DNA of 64,000 nt from Carcharhinus amblyrhynchos (taxonomy: Eukaryota), in the NCBI GenBank assembly GCA_965287045.1, contig OZ336873.1:18476001-18540000 (forward strand), given 5' to 3'. Position numbers and translations under genes: made by a program. The notes under the pieces are model-generated. The model had not been told where the DNA came from, ran no database searches, and saw only the letters and a program-made list of their open reading frames with translations. Every line of letters starts with the position of its first letter. The first letter of the stretch is position 1. Shown here in pieces: positions 1 through 12,415 of the stretch.

Positions 1-285
1 TTTCTTTCAGAACCCTTGGATGCATTCCATCCGGTCCTGGGGACTTCTCCACAATCAGTACCTCCAGTCTGTCGAGCACCGCCTCTCTAGTTACAATAAT
101 GTCATTGAGACCTTCCTGCCCTACCATCTTTCCATCGCTAACACCCGGCAAATTATTCACGTCTTCCTCCGTGAAGACCGAAACAAAAAAGTTAATCAAG
201 GCCTCAGCCATTTCCCCATCCCCTACCACTGAGTCCCCCCTCTCATCCTCTAAGGGTCCAACGTTCACCCTAGCCAGCCGCTGTT
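1..285 (-). mobile_element. CR1 LINE ORF2 fragment, runs off the window edge
   Basis: Minus strand encodes RLARVNVGPLEDERG...GEMAEALINFFVSVFTEED, a typical CR1 ORF2 linker, with a frameshift. Confidence 0.8.
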
Positions 286-3049
286 AGACCTGCTGAGATT
301 TTCCAGCGTTTTCTATTTTTGTTTCGGATTCCAGCATCTGCAGTATTTTGCCTTTATTTTAGTTGAAGGAAATTGGATGTCAGGCAAGAAGTCCATTAGT
401 TAAGAAACAATGGAAGGCTTGAGGGCGTTGGTGTTGAGTCAAGCTGAGTGTTATCAACTCCAGACTCTGGAGATAATGGTGTTGCAGCAAAAACAGAAGC
501 CGTTGCCTGAGAAACACTGGCTGCAATCAAATAAATTCAAGTGGGACAAAGCAAGGGCTATTCTGCCAGGTTGGACAGTGAAGGAAAGGCATCAGAGGTG
601 GATGGTGTGGTCAAATATTTCTAATACATGTGCCAGAATGTTACTGTTGGCCTCTGGTGGCATTTTACGAGCCTCAGGTGGGCGAGGTGGTAAAATTCGG
701 GCAATGAAGTTCCAGGATGGATTGGATACCACAGTCACAATCATAGAGAGCGCAATTTCGGATTTTTTGAGGCCAATTCGGTGTTGTACAAATAAAACTT
801 TTGTGTACTGAGGTCAGGAATCACTCTGTCATTTCCATGATAAATCTTAATCTGTACCTAAGATGTCAAGTTTCTAAAAATCTCTCTAATGTTGGTAAGT
901 TTGCATCATTCAAACCAGAATCTGATGAATGGAAGACTCTCTGTAAAGTTGGCATTCAGAGTGTATGACAGACTTCCTGCTGCTGGTCACCAGAAAAAAA
1001 CTGCACAAAGTCTGCCCAGTTCATCCCTGATTTGCATACGATTTGCATCAGAAGGCACTCACGCTCTCCCTTTTTTTGGGCTGAAACACTTAGTGCAGTT
1101 ATCTACAGTCCGCACCTCGCACCTGCACACAAAGCCACCACACTTCCTCTACAGAATTTGACTTCTGTTAACTCTTTGAGGGAGGAAATTGGTTTTGTCA
1201 GTTTCAGGGAAATCGATGCTGTTTTCCATCATTGTACTCCTACTCATCTCCAGAAATGTCAATTGCCCAAGAGCTGAATGTTTAAAAAGATAGCTAAAAG
1301 AGTACAACAATGGAACAAATATATCGGTTTATCGAGAAAATGGAAAGTTTTGATCATTTGTACCCTTTGGATGCAATGAGTCGTTACACATAATTCATCA
1401 TTCATCGCTAGTGAAGTTTGCACCATTTCCATACTTTGTGGTTCATGTGTTAATATTTCACCAAAAGTACGATAATATTTTCTCGGTTCAACTTCTGTTA
1501 TTGTTTCCTTCCCTTCTTAAAGGCAGTGATTTGTTCTTGTGTACAGGTTCATTGATATTTCATCCAGATGTGACAGCCCAGTGATCTTTAGGAAGTAACT
1601 GAAGTATCACAAGGAGAGATCACAGGTAACCTTCACTCACCACTGGTACACTTCCACAATCTAACAGTGGTCACCAGACGCAAGCACAGCCTGAATTTAT
1701 ACAGTGCCTTTAATACCGTCAGACATCCGAAGGCAGTTTGCAGGGGCGCTATCGAGCAAAACATGATCTTGAGCCACACAAGCAGGACCCGTGACAAAAA
1801 GCCTGGTCAAAGAGATGGGATTTAAGAGGTGGGTTAAAGGAAGAGGGAGGGGCGTATAGGTTAAAGGAAGGAATTTCAGAATTTAGTGCTGAAGTAGCTG
1901 AAGGAGCAACGGTGATTGGGTATGCTCAAGTACAACTTCCTTAGCCCAATGACAGCAAGCTCAACTATACCATCCCCGGCATCTCCAGCTAATTCTGCAC
2001 AGTGCAGAGATCTTACCAGAGATGCTACTGATTTTGATCACTCAGAACCGCACCATACAGCTCATTAACTGACTGAACTAAGAGTGGAGGCTCTTCCACT
2101 CATCTGTCATGAATATTTCTTCTTCTAACTTGACCACCTGTTTGATTTTGCTCCTACCACACTTTGAAACAGTTTGTGCAGCTGTTCCTTTTGCTTCCAG
2201 ACATCTAATATAAAACTCTCCAGTTGAGAGAGAAAAAAAACCTTTTGTAACTGGACATGGGCCAGGATGTCACATGCAAGCATGTGTGGTTATGCGAACG
2301 GAAATAAACCCGTCCAGTTTCATTCTGTCAGACAAAGGGGCTACAGCAAAGCTAGGTTTCCAAGAAACTCTTTCAGTTGGCACCAGCAGGACCTATGGCA
2401 GACAGGGGGCTGTTGAGCTGGTGTGGGCTGCAATCCCTGGCCCCACTGCTTTCTACTCCCTGGTGATGAAGCCTGTCAAAGAGAAAAACTGAGAATGTAC
2501 AGAACTCACGTCAATAGCAGCTCTGTCCCATAAAATTAATATGAGACCCCGAAGGCAAGTGAGTTCGTCGTCCAGTTTCTAATGGCAGGAATCCACAGCA
2601 CAAAACTGCCAATGCTTTAGGACTAGCTACAGTTAAACAGCCTACATGTGGCTACAGGGCCACAGCAATGAAGGAGAGAAGGACGGGAAATGCAAATTAT
2701 TCGAATAGTTAGTGATTCTTAAGATGTCCCACTTAAGAAACATTAGTGGGCGATATATTGGAAAGCTGATCAATGAGGTTACAATGTCGCATGCCACCAC
2801 TGGATGAAACAAGAGAAAATGTTTGCATAATTCCAGGAACAAATGTTCCTCGGCAGATTCCCAACGCTCCTTCCTGGAAAACTGGGGACGTAAGAAGATT
2901 TTTGGACATAAACCATGTCAGAAAGTAACAATATTCAGCTATGTCCTGTTCCTGAACAGCACGAGATGTACCTCTGATGGTAAAATAGGTCAGGCATTTC
3001 TGATGGCTAAACAGTTACTAGGTCTTAGAAACCGGATTGTTGTGGTTCT

Positions 3050-3400
3050 TTTTCACCATTCATGGGACATGGGCATGGCTGGCTGGCCAGCATTTATTGC
3101 CCATCCCTAGTTGCCCTAGGGCAGTTGAGAGTCAACCATATCGCTGTGGCTCTGTAGTCACATGAAGGCCAGATCAGGTAAGGGCAGCAGATTTCCTTCC
3201 CTAAAGGACATTAGTCAACCAGATGGGTTTTTCCAACAATAGGCAATGGTTTCATGATCATCAGTTGATTCTTAATTTCAGATATTTTTTACTGAATTCA
3301 AATTCCACCAGCTGACTAGTGGGATTTGAACCTGAGTGCCCAGAACATTAGCTGAGTTTTTGGGTTAACTGTCTAGCAATATACAATACCACCAAGCCAT
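3050..3400 (-). mobile_element. tRNA-derived SINE, second family (GGGAAGGAAATCTGCC core, LINE-derived GGGATGGGCAATAAATGCTGG tail)
   Basis: Same sequence recurs at 7410-7865 (-), 39095-41320 (+, split), 54248-54590 (+) and 60943-61285 (+). Confidence 0.75.
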
Positions 3401-3482
3401 TGTATCTTCCATCTTATATTGTATCTTGCTCCAAGATCCAGTAATACTAAAAACCAAGCATGCTCTACTCATTTATGTAACC

Positions 3483-3610
3483 ATGATGTGGAGATGCTAG
3501 TGTTGGACTGGGGTGGGCACAGTAAGAAGTCTCACAACACCAGGTTAAAGTCCAACAGTTTTATTTGGAATCACCAACTTTTGGAGCACTGCTCCTTCAT
3601 CACCTGACGG
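3483..3610 (-). mobile_element. Penelope-like element terminal fragment
   Basis: Shares GTTGGACTGGGGTGGGCACAGTAAGAAGTCTCACAACACCAGG...GGAGCACTGCTCCTTCATCA with the copies at 22625, 52840 and 58625. Confidence 0.65.
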
Positions 3611-3935
3611 TAAGGAAGTAATTTTCTGAACAACAGAATGGTAACTCTTGAAATCGACCTGCATGTTCCCCATGTATAGAAATAAAATTAATTCAAAGAC
3701 ATATAAAGAAGCAGCATTGAGCTACAACTGTGTCTATCACACATGCTGATCCGCACTGCCACAAGGAAATATTAAAATATAGAGGCATTGTTTTCTATTA
3801 TCCCACTTGGCTCTGTTGAAGTGAAACAAAATGGGAATTAGCACACATTGGTAGCTGAGTCAACATAAGTTTCATTGCAATACTTCAACATCTCACTCCA
3901 ACCAAGAGTGCAAATTCAGAAAGCCAGCTCATGAT

Positions 3936-4246
3936 ATCCTAGAATTATAGAATCCTTATGCTGCAGAATGAGGCCGTTCAGCCCATCAAACCTGCACCGA
4001 CTGCAATGCACCGAGGCCCTATCCCCTTAACCCCATATATTAACCCTACTCATTCCCCTGACACCAGGGGAAAATTTAGCATGGTCGATTCACCTGACCA
4101 GCATATCTTTTGGAGGAAACCGAAGCATCCGGAGGAAACCCACACAGGTATGGGGAGAGTGTGCAGACTTTACACTGTCTTCCCATGCCGAAATCGAATC
4201 CAGGTCCTTGGAGCTGTGAGGCAGCAGTGCTAACCACTATGCTACG
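3936..4246 (-). mobile_element. HE1/V-SINE-type SINE (CR1-type tail)
   Basis: tRNA-like head, V-domain GGTTTCCTCCGG..GCT.CGGTTTCCTCC and ATTCTA-type tail. Confidence 0.85.
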
Positions 4247-5045
4247 AAAAATGACTTTTATCGATGCGATATACAGTGGGGCTTATCCCCAAAGTACAAA
4301 AGAGACAAAGGTTGATGCTGAGCCAAAAACAGAGATTGGGGGGAATAACCAGAAAAGAAGGTTGAGGGTCATAAGGAGGAAAGGGAACGAATAGGATGGA
4401 GCAATTCCAGGAGGGAGTTCCAGAGTGCAGGGCAGCACTGTTGATGCTGAGGCCAGCAGCTCTTGAGGGCAAGACCTCCTCGTAATGAGGGGCAGAAATT
4501 CTACGTTCAGCATGTTTAGCCTGCCCCAGCATGTTTTGACTGTGGGTGGACTTACATGAGGTATAACAGTCACCACCCACATAAAATACACTATTCTGTT
4601 GGATAGTGATGTCAAAATTCATCTGAAAGAGGAAGCATCTTTTCTGTTTTCTTTATTGATTCTTTTGTGGAACATGGGCTACGTTAGCTGGGCCACAAAC
4701 TGTTACGCACCCCTAATTACCCCTGAGAAGGTGGTGGGAAGTGACCTTCTTGAAGCACAGTGGTCCATGTGGGCATTTCACTTTGAACGAACACGATTTG
4801 CCTGAATAACTAAGTAAATCAAATTGCCTCTGCACAAAGAACAAAATACTGCAGTTGCTGAAAAACCAAAACATTCCATTCCCAGCATGGATTTACACCT
4901 GAAATGTCAACTGGTTTTCTATCTTGATAGACAACCCTTGACCTGCCAGGAGTCTCCACAAACATGTTTTCCATATTTGTATCGATTGGTAACTAATGCA
5001 TTAAATACAATGCAAATATCGGCAGTTGATTAAACAGGATTGTAT

Positions 5046-5280
5046 CAGTGACATACGCTTTGTGGAGTTTGCAAGTTCGCCCGTGTCTGCGTGGGTTTCC
5101 TCCAAGTGCTTTGGTTTCCTCCCCCAGTCCAAAAGACGCGCTGGTTAGGTGCATTGGCCATGCTTAATTCTCTCTCAGTGCACCCAAACAGGCACCAGAG
5201 TGTGGTGGAGGGGATTTTCCAAGTCACCTCATTGAAGTGTTAATATAAGCCTACTTGTGACACTAATAAATAAACTTCAA
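5046..5280 (+). mobile_element. HE1-type SINE, 5'-truncated, alternative tail
   Basis: V-domain followed by ...AAGCCTACTTGTGACACTAATAAATAAACTT tail. Confidence 0.8.
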
Positions 5281-5302
5281 AGTTTTGTCGTACTTGTGGT
5301 AG

Positions 5303-5428
5303 TGGCCAGCATTTTACGACCTTGCTCGGGTGGGGCTCGTAAAATCCCGCCCGAGGCCAATGGAGAATTCCGTTCTAGCAGCAATGTCCGCCCCGATTCC
5401 GGGGTGGGCGTGGCGGCAAAATTCCGAT
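5303..5428. mobile_element. ~125-bp MITE
   Basis: Imperfect terminal inverted repeats (TIRs) GGCCAGCATTTT / AAAATTCCGATC. Same family as 37972-38096. Confidence 0.55.
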
Positions 5429-7409
5429 CAATGAGTCTCTCTGGCATTTGGCACCTTGGTACTCCCAGATTCTACATTTTAGCTCCTCGGATATCTCTGG
5501 TCCAGGGCGAATTCTCAGGATTATGATTCCTAAACCCACCCTAACTTTGCTCTCGACAGGAAGTAACGGACAGCCATGTGTAACAGATGGAACAATGCTG
5601 CACCAATTAGTCTGCTTGTCGTCCAATCGATAAACCACGAGCTACACGTGGCTGATTGGGAATTCAAGCGGTGCTAACTGCATTGCTGATTGCTGACTAG
5701 AATAAATAATAGGCAATCGATTTGGGAATGTAATGACTCCGGGATTTTCACAGCAACCTTGTTGCAGTGTTGATGTAAGCCCACTTCTAACACTAATAAA
5801 TAAACTTATCAGCGCACTTATTCACGTGCTCTGTGCCTAGGCACTGCAATTCGGTTGGCGTTTGCTGGTAAAATGGGATGATAAAAAGCAGAGTTGGAGT
5901 GTTCTTGGTCATTGTGCATGACTTACATCCTTGGTTACTGAATGGTAAAAGATAGTAGTTATGTAATTATACATATCTAGATACTTAATTATATCAGGAG
6001 AGCATATGCATGGAGTTCTCCACAAAATTTGCACACGTTGCTAAAATGATGCTTCTGTAGCCAGCCTGTGACAAGTCCACAATTTCTAATAGACAACATA
6101 ATTTGAAACAGCATGTACTGAATCTGGTGATCTCCTGCAATCTCTTGCGTATTGGGGGATTTGGGGAACAGGTGAGGAGGTGGATTTGAGATCAGGGAGA
6201 TCAGTCATGATCTGATTGAATGGCGGTGAAAGGCTCGAAGCGGTGAATTTGCCGCTCCTAATTCCTATGTTCCTGTGTATTGTTCCTGTGGTTGGTGATA
6301 TTAAAAGTGCTGACCAGAATTAATCTGTGAAAAGACATTTGGAATTTATTTCCATGGAGACTGTACATTCCACTTGAAAAAACACCACCACCTATAGCAG
6401 CTTGAATGCTATAGAGCAGCACTTTATATCCATGAGGTTACTAAGGCAACACTTAACACATTCGTTCTCGAAGTAGTTCAGCATCACACATGCTGGTTGC
6501 TAGTCTGCCAGTGATTCGCAATTTCAAAGCATAAAATATAGTGATGGAGCAGCACCAGTCTATAGTCAGATATCTCCCCTTTGTTTCGACAGTGTGGTAA
6601 CTGAGATGACTGCTGTTCCCCTTTGATTAGTTCCAGTAACTCTTTATTTTCTCTTTGACCTGGGGACCCCGCTCATTCAAAGAACCACCCACCCTGACCC
6701 CAGGTGAAATTTAGAAGCTGCGTTTTCACTCAGTTTACAAACCTAAAAAGAACGTTCGATCTGATTAAAGAACCTTCCCTTTATTGAAACAATAACAAAC
6801 AAACATAAGCACCTGAAAAACAGAAACCAATAAGAAATGCCTTTGTTTTGGAGTGAGCTCTATGATCGGAATAACACAGATGCTCCCTGTGCCTAAGTTC
6901 TACAGTGATTGTTGGGGCAAGAAAGGACGCTGGACAAAGTTGTCCCAAGCCCTCAATGGCATGTTCAATGGCAGGTGTGGGGGGAAGCTATGATGGAAGG
7001 CCCAGGAATCATTTGGGATGGGGGGAGGGGGGGAGTGTGGGTATGGAAATAAAAATGGTAGAAGATTGACAGAAATAGCAGGAAAAGATGAACTTCCCTT
7101 TAACACCAAACAGGGTTGTCCGCAGTACAGGCACACCCTGGTCAACAAAGATCACAAACTAAAATTTCCCAGTTAATCTAACATTTATTTGCAACTGTGA
7201 GAATGAGCAATACAAATGTCAATTAACTGCTACCATTGCAAATTATGTACAATTATGTCAGGAAATCCTTTGCAACAAATACAAGGTCATTGTATCTACT
7301 GCGATACTTTATTCAAAAATAATTTTATATAATTATCCAAAATAGGGTTTATTTTGAAACATGCGAATTGCTTTTCAATGAGACCAACCAGATTCACAGG
7401 ATATATTTT

Positions 7410-7865
7410 GCTTGTTCATGGGCATCAGTGGGCATCACTGGTTGGTCAGTATTTATCACCCACCCATGAGGGCAGTTTAGAGTCAATCACATTGCTCTGG
7501 GTCTGAACTTAGTTGTACGCCCGACCAGTGAGGATGGAAGATTTCCTTCCCTAAAGGATATTAGTAAACCAGATGGGTTTTTCCGACAATCGACAACGGT
7601 TTTGTGGACTTTTATGCTGGAATTCTACCGCCTCGCTCACCACAGAATTGGACTGAGCAAGGGGCAGACAATGGAAATGTTCATTTGCCTCCTGTGGGAA
7701 TTTTTGATCTTGCTCGAGTGAGGTCATAAAATACCGCCCTTAATTCCAGATTTTTATTGAATTTAAATTTCATCATCTGCCGTGGTGGGATTGGGACACA
7801 GGTGCCCAGAGCATCACCCTGGGTCTCTGGATTATTGGTCCAGCCACAATACCACCACACCACTG
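7410..7865 (-). mobile_element. tRNA-derived SINE (second family) interrupted by a MITE at ~7617-7740
   Basis: Homologous to 3050-3400. Internal GCTGGAATTCTACCG...AAAATACCGCCC insertion. Confidence 0.65.
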
Positions 7866-9550
7866 CCCACTGAAATGAAACTGCCAGGAGGCTGTGATAA
7901 GCACCAATTGTTCTGAGCGCTGGTTCTTAAACATGGGCTTTTCAACCCTTGAGAATTCACTGCGACTTTCTTGGGAGTTAACGGAATAAGGAGGATGGGA
8001 TCTGTTACTGTGAAGGTGCAGGTCAGCCATGTGCTGTCAGTCGTCCCAAGTGCGATGGTGTTTCGCTGGCAGACATGCCGCTAATATCCAGCAGAGTGGC
8101 AGAAATATTCCAACACAGAGTGATAAATGGCAGAAGGGGAGGGTAATAATAACCCAAACAGCCTCTGCAGGGAGGAGCAAGCGGTGACATGGCAGGTTTA
8201 CCTGAAAGGGTGCCAGTGTTCTCAACAGAAGCATCGAACTTAATCCTACTCCATGAAGTGCAAGGACATATACAGTGAAATATTCAAGAGGCAGGTTGCT
8301 GAACCAGTACGGTTACCTTTCAGCTGAAGGGAAGATGAAAGACATCACCAGTCACAGCAATATTAGTTATATCAGATAAGCCCTGATGAAATTTCACGCA
8401 AGTCTATTTAACAGGATACAAATGCTTTTTACATTCAGAAATCCACATGTGCAAGAAGGGTAAAGTGCTACAATTTAGTTGGAGATCTCTATCATTATCA
8501 GTTAATTTGAAAAGGGGTCCGATAGCCAAAGAAAAAATTTGAGTGTGACTGGCTTTGGGGATTTCCAGATGGTCAAACTCTGTATACAATGGTTCTGCAC
8601 TTTGGCCAACCACACTTCCTCTGAAAGATAACTCCTAATATCATGCTTGACAGAAAACAAGGGCAGGTTTTTGCTGCTCTCAGTGGCGGGTGGGTGAGTG
8701 TGGGGGTGGCGCTGGTCAAATAGGGGGCAGCCATGTCAAAAGGACTCCTCACTGCAGCCCCTTGGCCAGAGCCTTAGGGGTGGGCTGGAATACAAGTTGG
8801 GTAGAAAGCTGCTTTACATGGTGAACAATTCAATTAAGGCCCATATTACAGGGCCTTTTGTCAATGGCAGGCTGACCCCTCCCTCTATCATGTCTGCAGC
8901 CAACAGCTGAATGGAAGGATCCTCCCTCTGATAGTCCCGGGATCCACTGGAGCGAGAGGCGGAGGAGACACCCCCACGACCCCAACAGTGTCTCTGGAGG
9001 CAAATCCTCTCTGACTTTTGGTACCAAAATACGGGGGGATGATTTACAATGAAACACACTGTGCCTAGGCACCGTTGATTGGGGTGGGGAGGGGCTGCCA
9101 CCAGCCACTCTGTTATACTGATGAACTTGGAGGAACATTCTGGAGTGCACATCAACATGGCCAGATAGTTAGTAGGGCATCCAATCAAAGGAGAGCATTC
9201 CCTGCATTTGCTACTAATAGCCTCAAACTAGTGAGCAAATACATAGCAAAATCAGACACTGATTGGATGAGAGCCAAAGAGCGGGAAGTTAAGTAATGGT
9301 TGACAGCAGGCACTCACAAGACCACGAGGAGAGGGAGCGGAGTGACGGCCAGCCACAATGAGGACACAGTGTGAAGAAGCTGAGATCTGCACCAGACCCA
9401 GGAGAGTTTTTGAGGGGGTTGCAGGGGGAGGGAGAGTTTATGGGGGGTTATGGCGGAGGGAGAGTTTTGTCAGGCGGGCTGTGAGGGAGGGAGAGTATGT
9501 GAGGGCTTGCGGGGGAGGGAGAGTGTATGAGAGGGTTGCAGGGGAAGGAC

Positions 9551-10508
9551 TGTTTGTGTTGGGGGGAATGAGCATGGGGAGAGTTTGTGTTGGGGGGAAT
9601 GAGCATGGGGAGAGTTTGTGTTGGGGGGAATGAGCAGGGGGAGAGTTTGTGTTGGTGGGGAATGAGCAGGGGGAGAGTTTGTGTTTGGGGGAATGAGCAT
9701 GGGGAGAGTTTGTGTTTGGGGGAATGAGCATGGGGAGAGTTTGTGTTTGGGGGAATGAGCATGGGGAGAGTTTGTGTTGGGGGGAATGAGCAGGGGGAGA
9801 GTTTGTGTTTGGGGGAATGAGCATGGGGAGAGTTTGTGTTTGGGGGAATGAGCATGGGGAGAGTTTGTGTTGGGGGGAATGAGCAGGGGGAGAGTTTGTG
9901 TTTGGGGGGAATGAGCATGGGGAGAGTTTGTGTTGGGGGGAATGAGCAGGGGGAGAGTTTGTGTTGGGGGGGGAATGAGCAGGGGGAGAGTTTGTGTTGG
10001 GGGGGGAATGAGCATGGGGAGAGTTTGTGTTGGGGGGAATGAACAGGGGGAGAGTTTGTGTTGGTGGGGAATGAGCATGGGGAGAGTTTGTGTTGGTGGG
10101 GAATGAGCATGGGGAGAGTTTGTGTTGGTGGGAGGAATGAACAGGGGGAGAGTTTGTGTTGGTGGGGGGAATGAGCAGGGGGAGAGTTTGTGTTGGGGGG
10201 AATGAGCAGGGGGAGAGTTTGTGTTGGGGGGAATGAGCAGGGGGAGAGTTTGTGTTGGTGGGGAATGAGCATGGAGAGAGTTTGTGTTGGGGGGAATGAG
10301 CAGGGGGAGAGTTTGTGTTGGTGGGGAATGAGCATGGGGAGAGTTTGTGTTGGTGGGAGGAATGAACAGGGGGAGAGTTTGTGTTGGTGGGAGGAATGAG
10401 CAGGGGGAGAGTTTGTGTTGGGGGGAATGAGCATGGGGAGAGTTTGTGTTGGGGGGAATGAGCAGGGGGAGAGTTTGTGTTGGGGGGGGGGAATGAGCAT
10501 GGGGAGAG
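9551..10508 (+). repeat. G-rich minisatellite, ~31-bp unit GGGGAGAGTTTGTGTTGGGGGGAATGAGCA(T/G), about 30 copies
   Basis: Directly visible tandem array with G-run length variants and no unique spacers. Confidence 0.97.
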
Positions 10509-11369
10509 TAGAGTGAGTGTTGCTTGAAATCCATGATCCGTTTCATGGTCAGGAGGTGAATTCCATTTTGTAGAGCTTGAACCTGACTAAAATGTGGGAT
10601 TGGCTCTGCAAACATCTGCTTTTTCAGATACTTTATTGGCTGTTTAAAATCAAGATCAGTTTCCTTAGCAATATGAAGCAACACTACCAATCTGACAGTC
10701 AGAAAAAACAAAAACTAAAGGCAAGGCAAGAGGAGAAGGTGAAGCAATAAGAGAGTTTATTTTAATTTTAAAAGCCCTAAGTATTAAACAGTGTGCATCA
10801 TCCAAAAGTATGGGCAAATTATCTGATGACTTGTTGATTTCTTGTTAATGACATCAACTGCAAAAGTTGAACAAATGGACTCTGAAATGAGAACAAAGCT
10901 ACAAGATATTACTGAGTGTTCAACTGAGAGAAGAAACCTACCCTGAAGACATTGCCTTATGGTCAAAATGTGTTTCACTGGGTATGATGGAGTATTTCGT
11001 ACTAAATATACTGGACAACGTAGGTAATATTTAAAATTGGAGATAAGTGTTTGAGGTTGGAGGCCGAAAGCAGGTTGGAAATCTTCATCAGTCCCATTTT
11101 CTGAGGGTGAAGAGAAATGGGGTAATGGAAATTAGATTGGAGGAGGAGAAGGGGGGGGAGACAGAAATGAAGGTGAGCATAGGGCTCTATTAACTGTGAA
11201 TCCGCCTCTGCCTAGATTGTTTTTGTTACTTAACTAGCTGAGGCCAGTCCCCAACCTGCCTCAGCCGTGACCATCTCAACAGCTGCTGTTCCTGAGGATT
11301 CCGAGATCTCAGCCCTTCTTGTCAATTAGGAGACAACTTGTGATTTTAAAAAAACCTACTTCTGCTGAC

Positions 11370-11722
11370 AAGATTATGAGGGGCATGGCGAGAGTGGATA
11401 GTCAGAAGCTTTTTCCCAGGGTGCAAGAGTCAATTACTAGGGGGCATCGGTTTGAAGTGTGAGGGGCCAGGTTCAGAGAAGACATAAGAGGCAAGTTTTT
11501 CACAGACAGTGATAGGTACCTGGAACTTGCTGCCGGGGGAGGTAGTGGAAGCAGATATGCTTTAAGGGACATCTTGACAAATACATGAATAGGATGGGAA
11601 TAGAGGGAGATTGTTCCCAGAAGAGTGAGGGCTTTTAGCTCAGCTGGGCAGCATGGTCGGTGCAGGCTTGGAGGGCCGAAGGGCCGGTTCCAGAGCTGTA
11701 ATTTTCTTTGTTCTTTGTTCTT
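11370..11722 (+). mobile_element. CR1 LINE 3' end
   Basis: CR1 C-terminal coding remnant, then GGGCCGAAGGGCC... and a TTCTTTG-type microsatellite tail. Confidence 0.75.
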
Positions 11723-12055
11723 CATGGTGGCACAGTGGTTAGCACTGCTGCCTCACAAAGCCAGGGACCTGGTTTCAATTCCCGGGCTTGGGTCACTGTC
11801 AGTATGAAATGTGCACATTCTCTCCATGTCTGTGTGGGTTTTCTCCGGGTGCTCCGGTTTCCTCACACATTCCAAAGATGTGCGGGTTAGGTTGATTGGC
11901 CATGTCAAATTGCCCCTTAGTGTCCTGGAATGTGTAGGTTAGAGGGATTATCAGAGTAGGTGTGTGGAATTATGGGGATAGGGCCTGGTATAGGATTGCT
12001 GAATCTGCAGACATGATGGGCTGAATGGCCTCCTTCAAATGTAGGGTTTCTATGA
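11723..12055 (+). mobile_element. HE1-type SINE
   Basis: GGTGGCACAGTGGTTAGCACTGCTGCCTCAC head, V-domain and CR1-type tail. Confidence 0.88.
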
Positions 12056-12129
12056 ATAATAATTCAGTTCAACTCCTCAGATCCATCTTTAAATTCCAGC
12101 TGATGAAGCAAAGTTTTGTTTTCAAGTTT

Positions 12130-12415
12130 TCAGTTATTGAAGTTTAATTGTTAGAGTCACAAGTAGGCTTACATTAACACTGAAATGAAGTCACTGTGAA
12201 AAGCCCTGAGTTGTCACACTCCAGCACCTGTTCGGGTACACAGGGGGAGAATTTAGCATGGCCAATAAACCTTTTGGACTGTGGGAGGAAGCCGGAGCAC
12301 CCAGAGAAAACCCATGCAGACACGAGGAGAATGTGAAGACAGTGACCCAAGCTGGGAATCAAGCCCAGGTCGCTGGCACTGAGGCAGTAGCACTAACCAC
12401 TGTGGCACTACGCCA
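12130..12415 (-). mobile_element. HE1-type SINE, alternative tail
   Basis: Reverse complement of head and V-domain with the TGTAAGCCTACTTGTGAC tail. Confidence 0.85.

Noticed and set aside
2504-2600. Possible alternative exon ending at a minus-strand GTGAGT donor (~2509)
   Set aside because: The frame compatible with the phase-1 intron hits TGA just before the donor, and there is no PLCG2 similarity.
9551-10508. CRISPR-like array
   Set aside because: Units are contiguous with no unique spacers, there are no cas genes, and the context is vertebrate.
9438-10711. Long ORFs of 128, 350 and 413 aa (Pro/His/Ser-rich)
   Set aside because: They are translations of the stop-free C-rich strand of the 31-bp minisatellite, with no independent coding evidence.
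11723-11795. tRNA genes (here and at other SINE heads)
   Set aside because: The A-box and B-box sequences continue into SINE bodies and tails, so they are tRNA-derived heads rather than tRNA genes.
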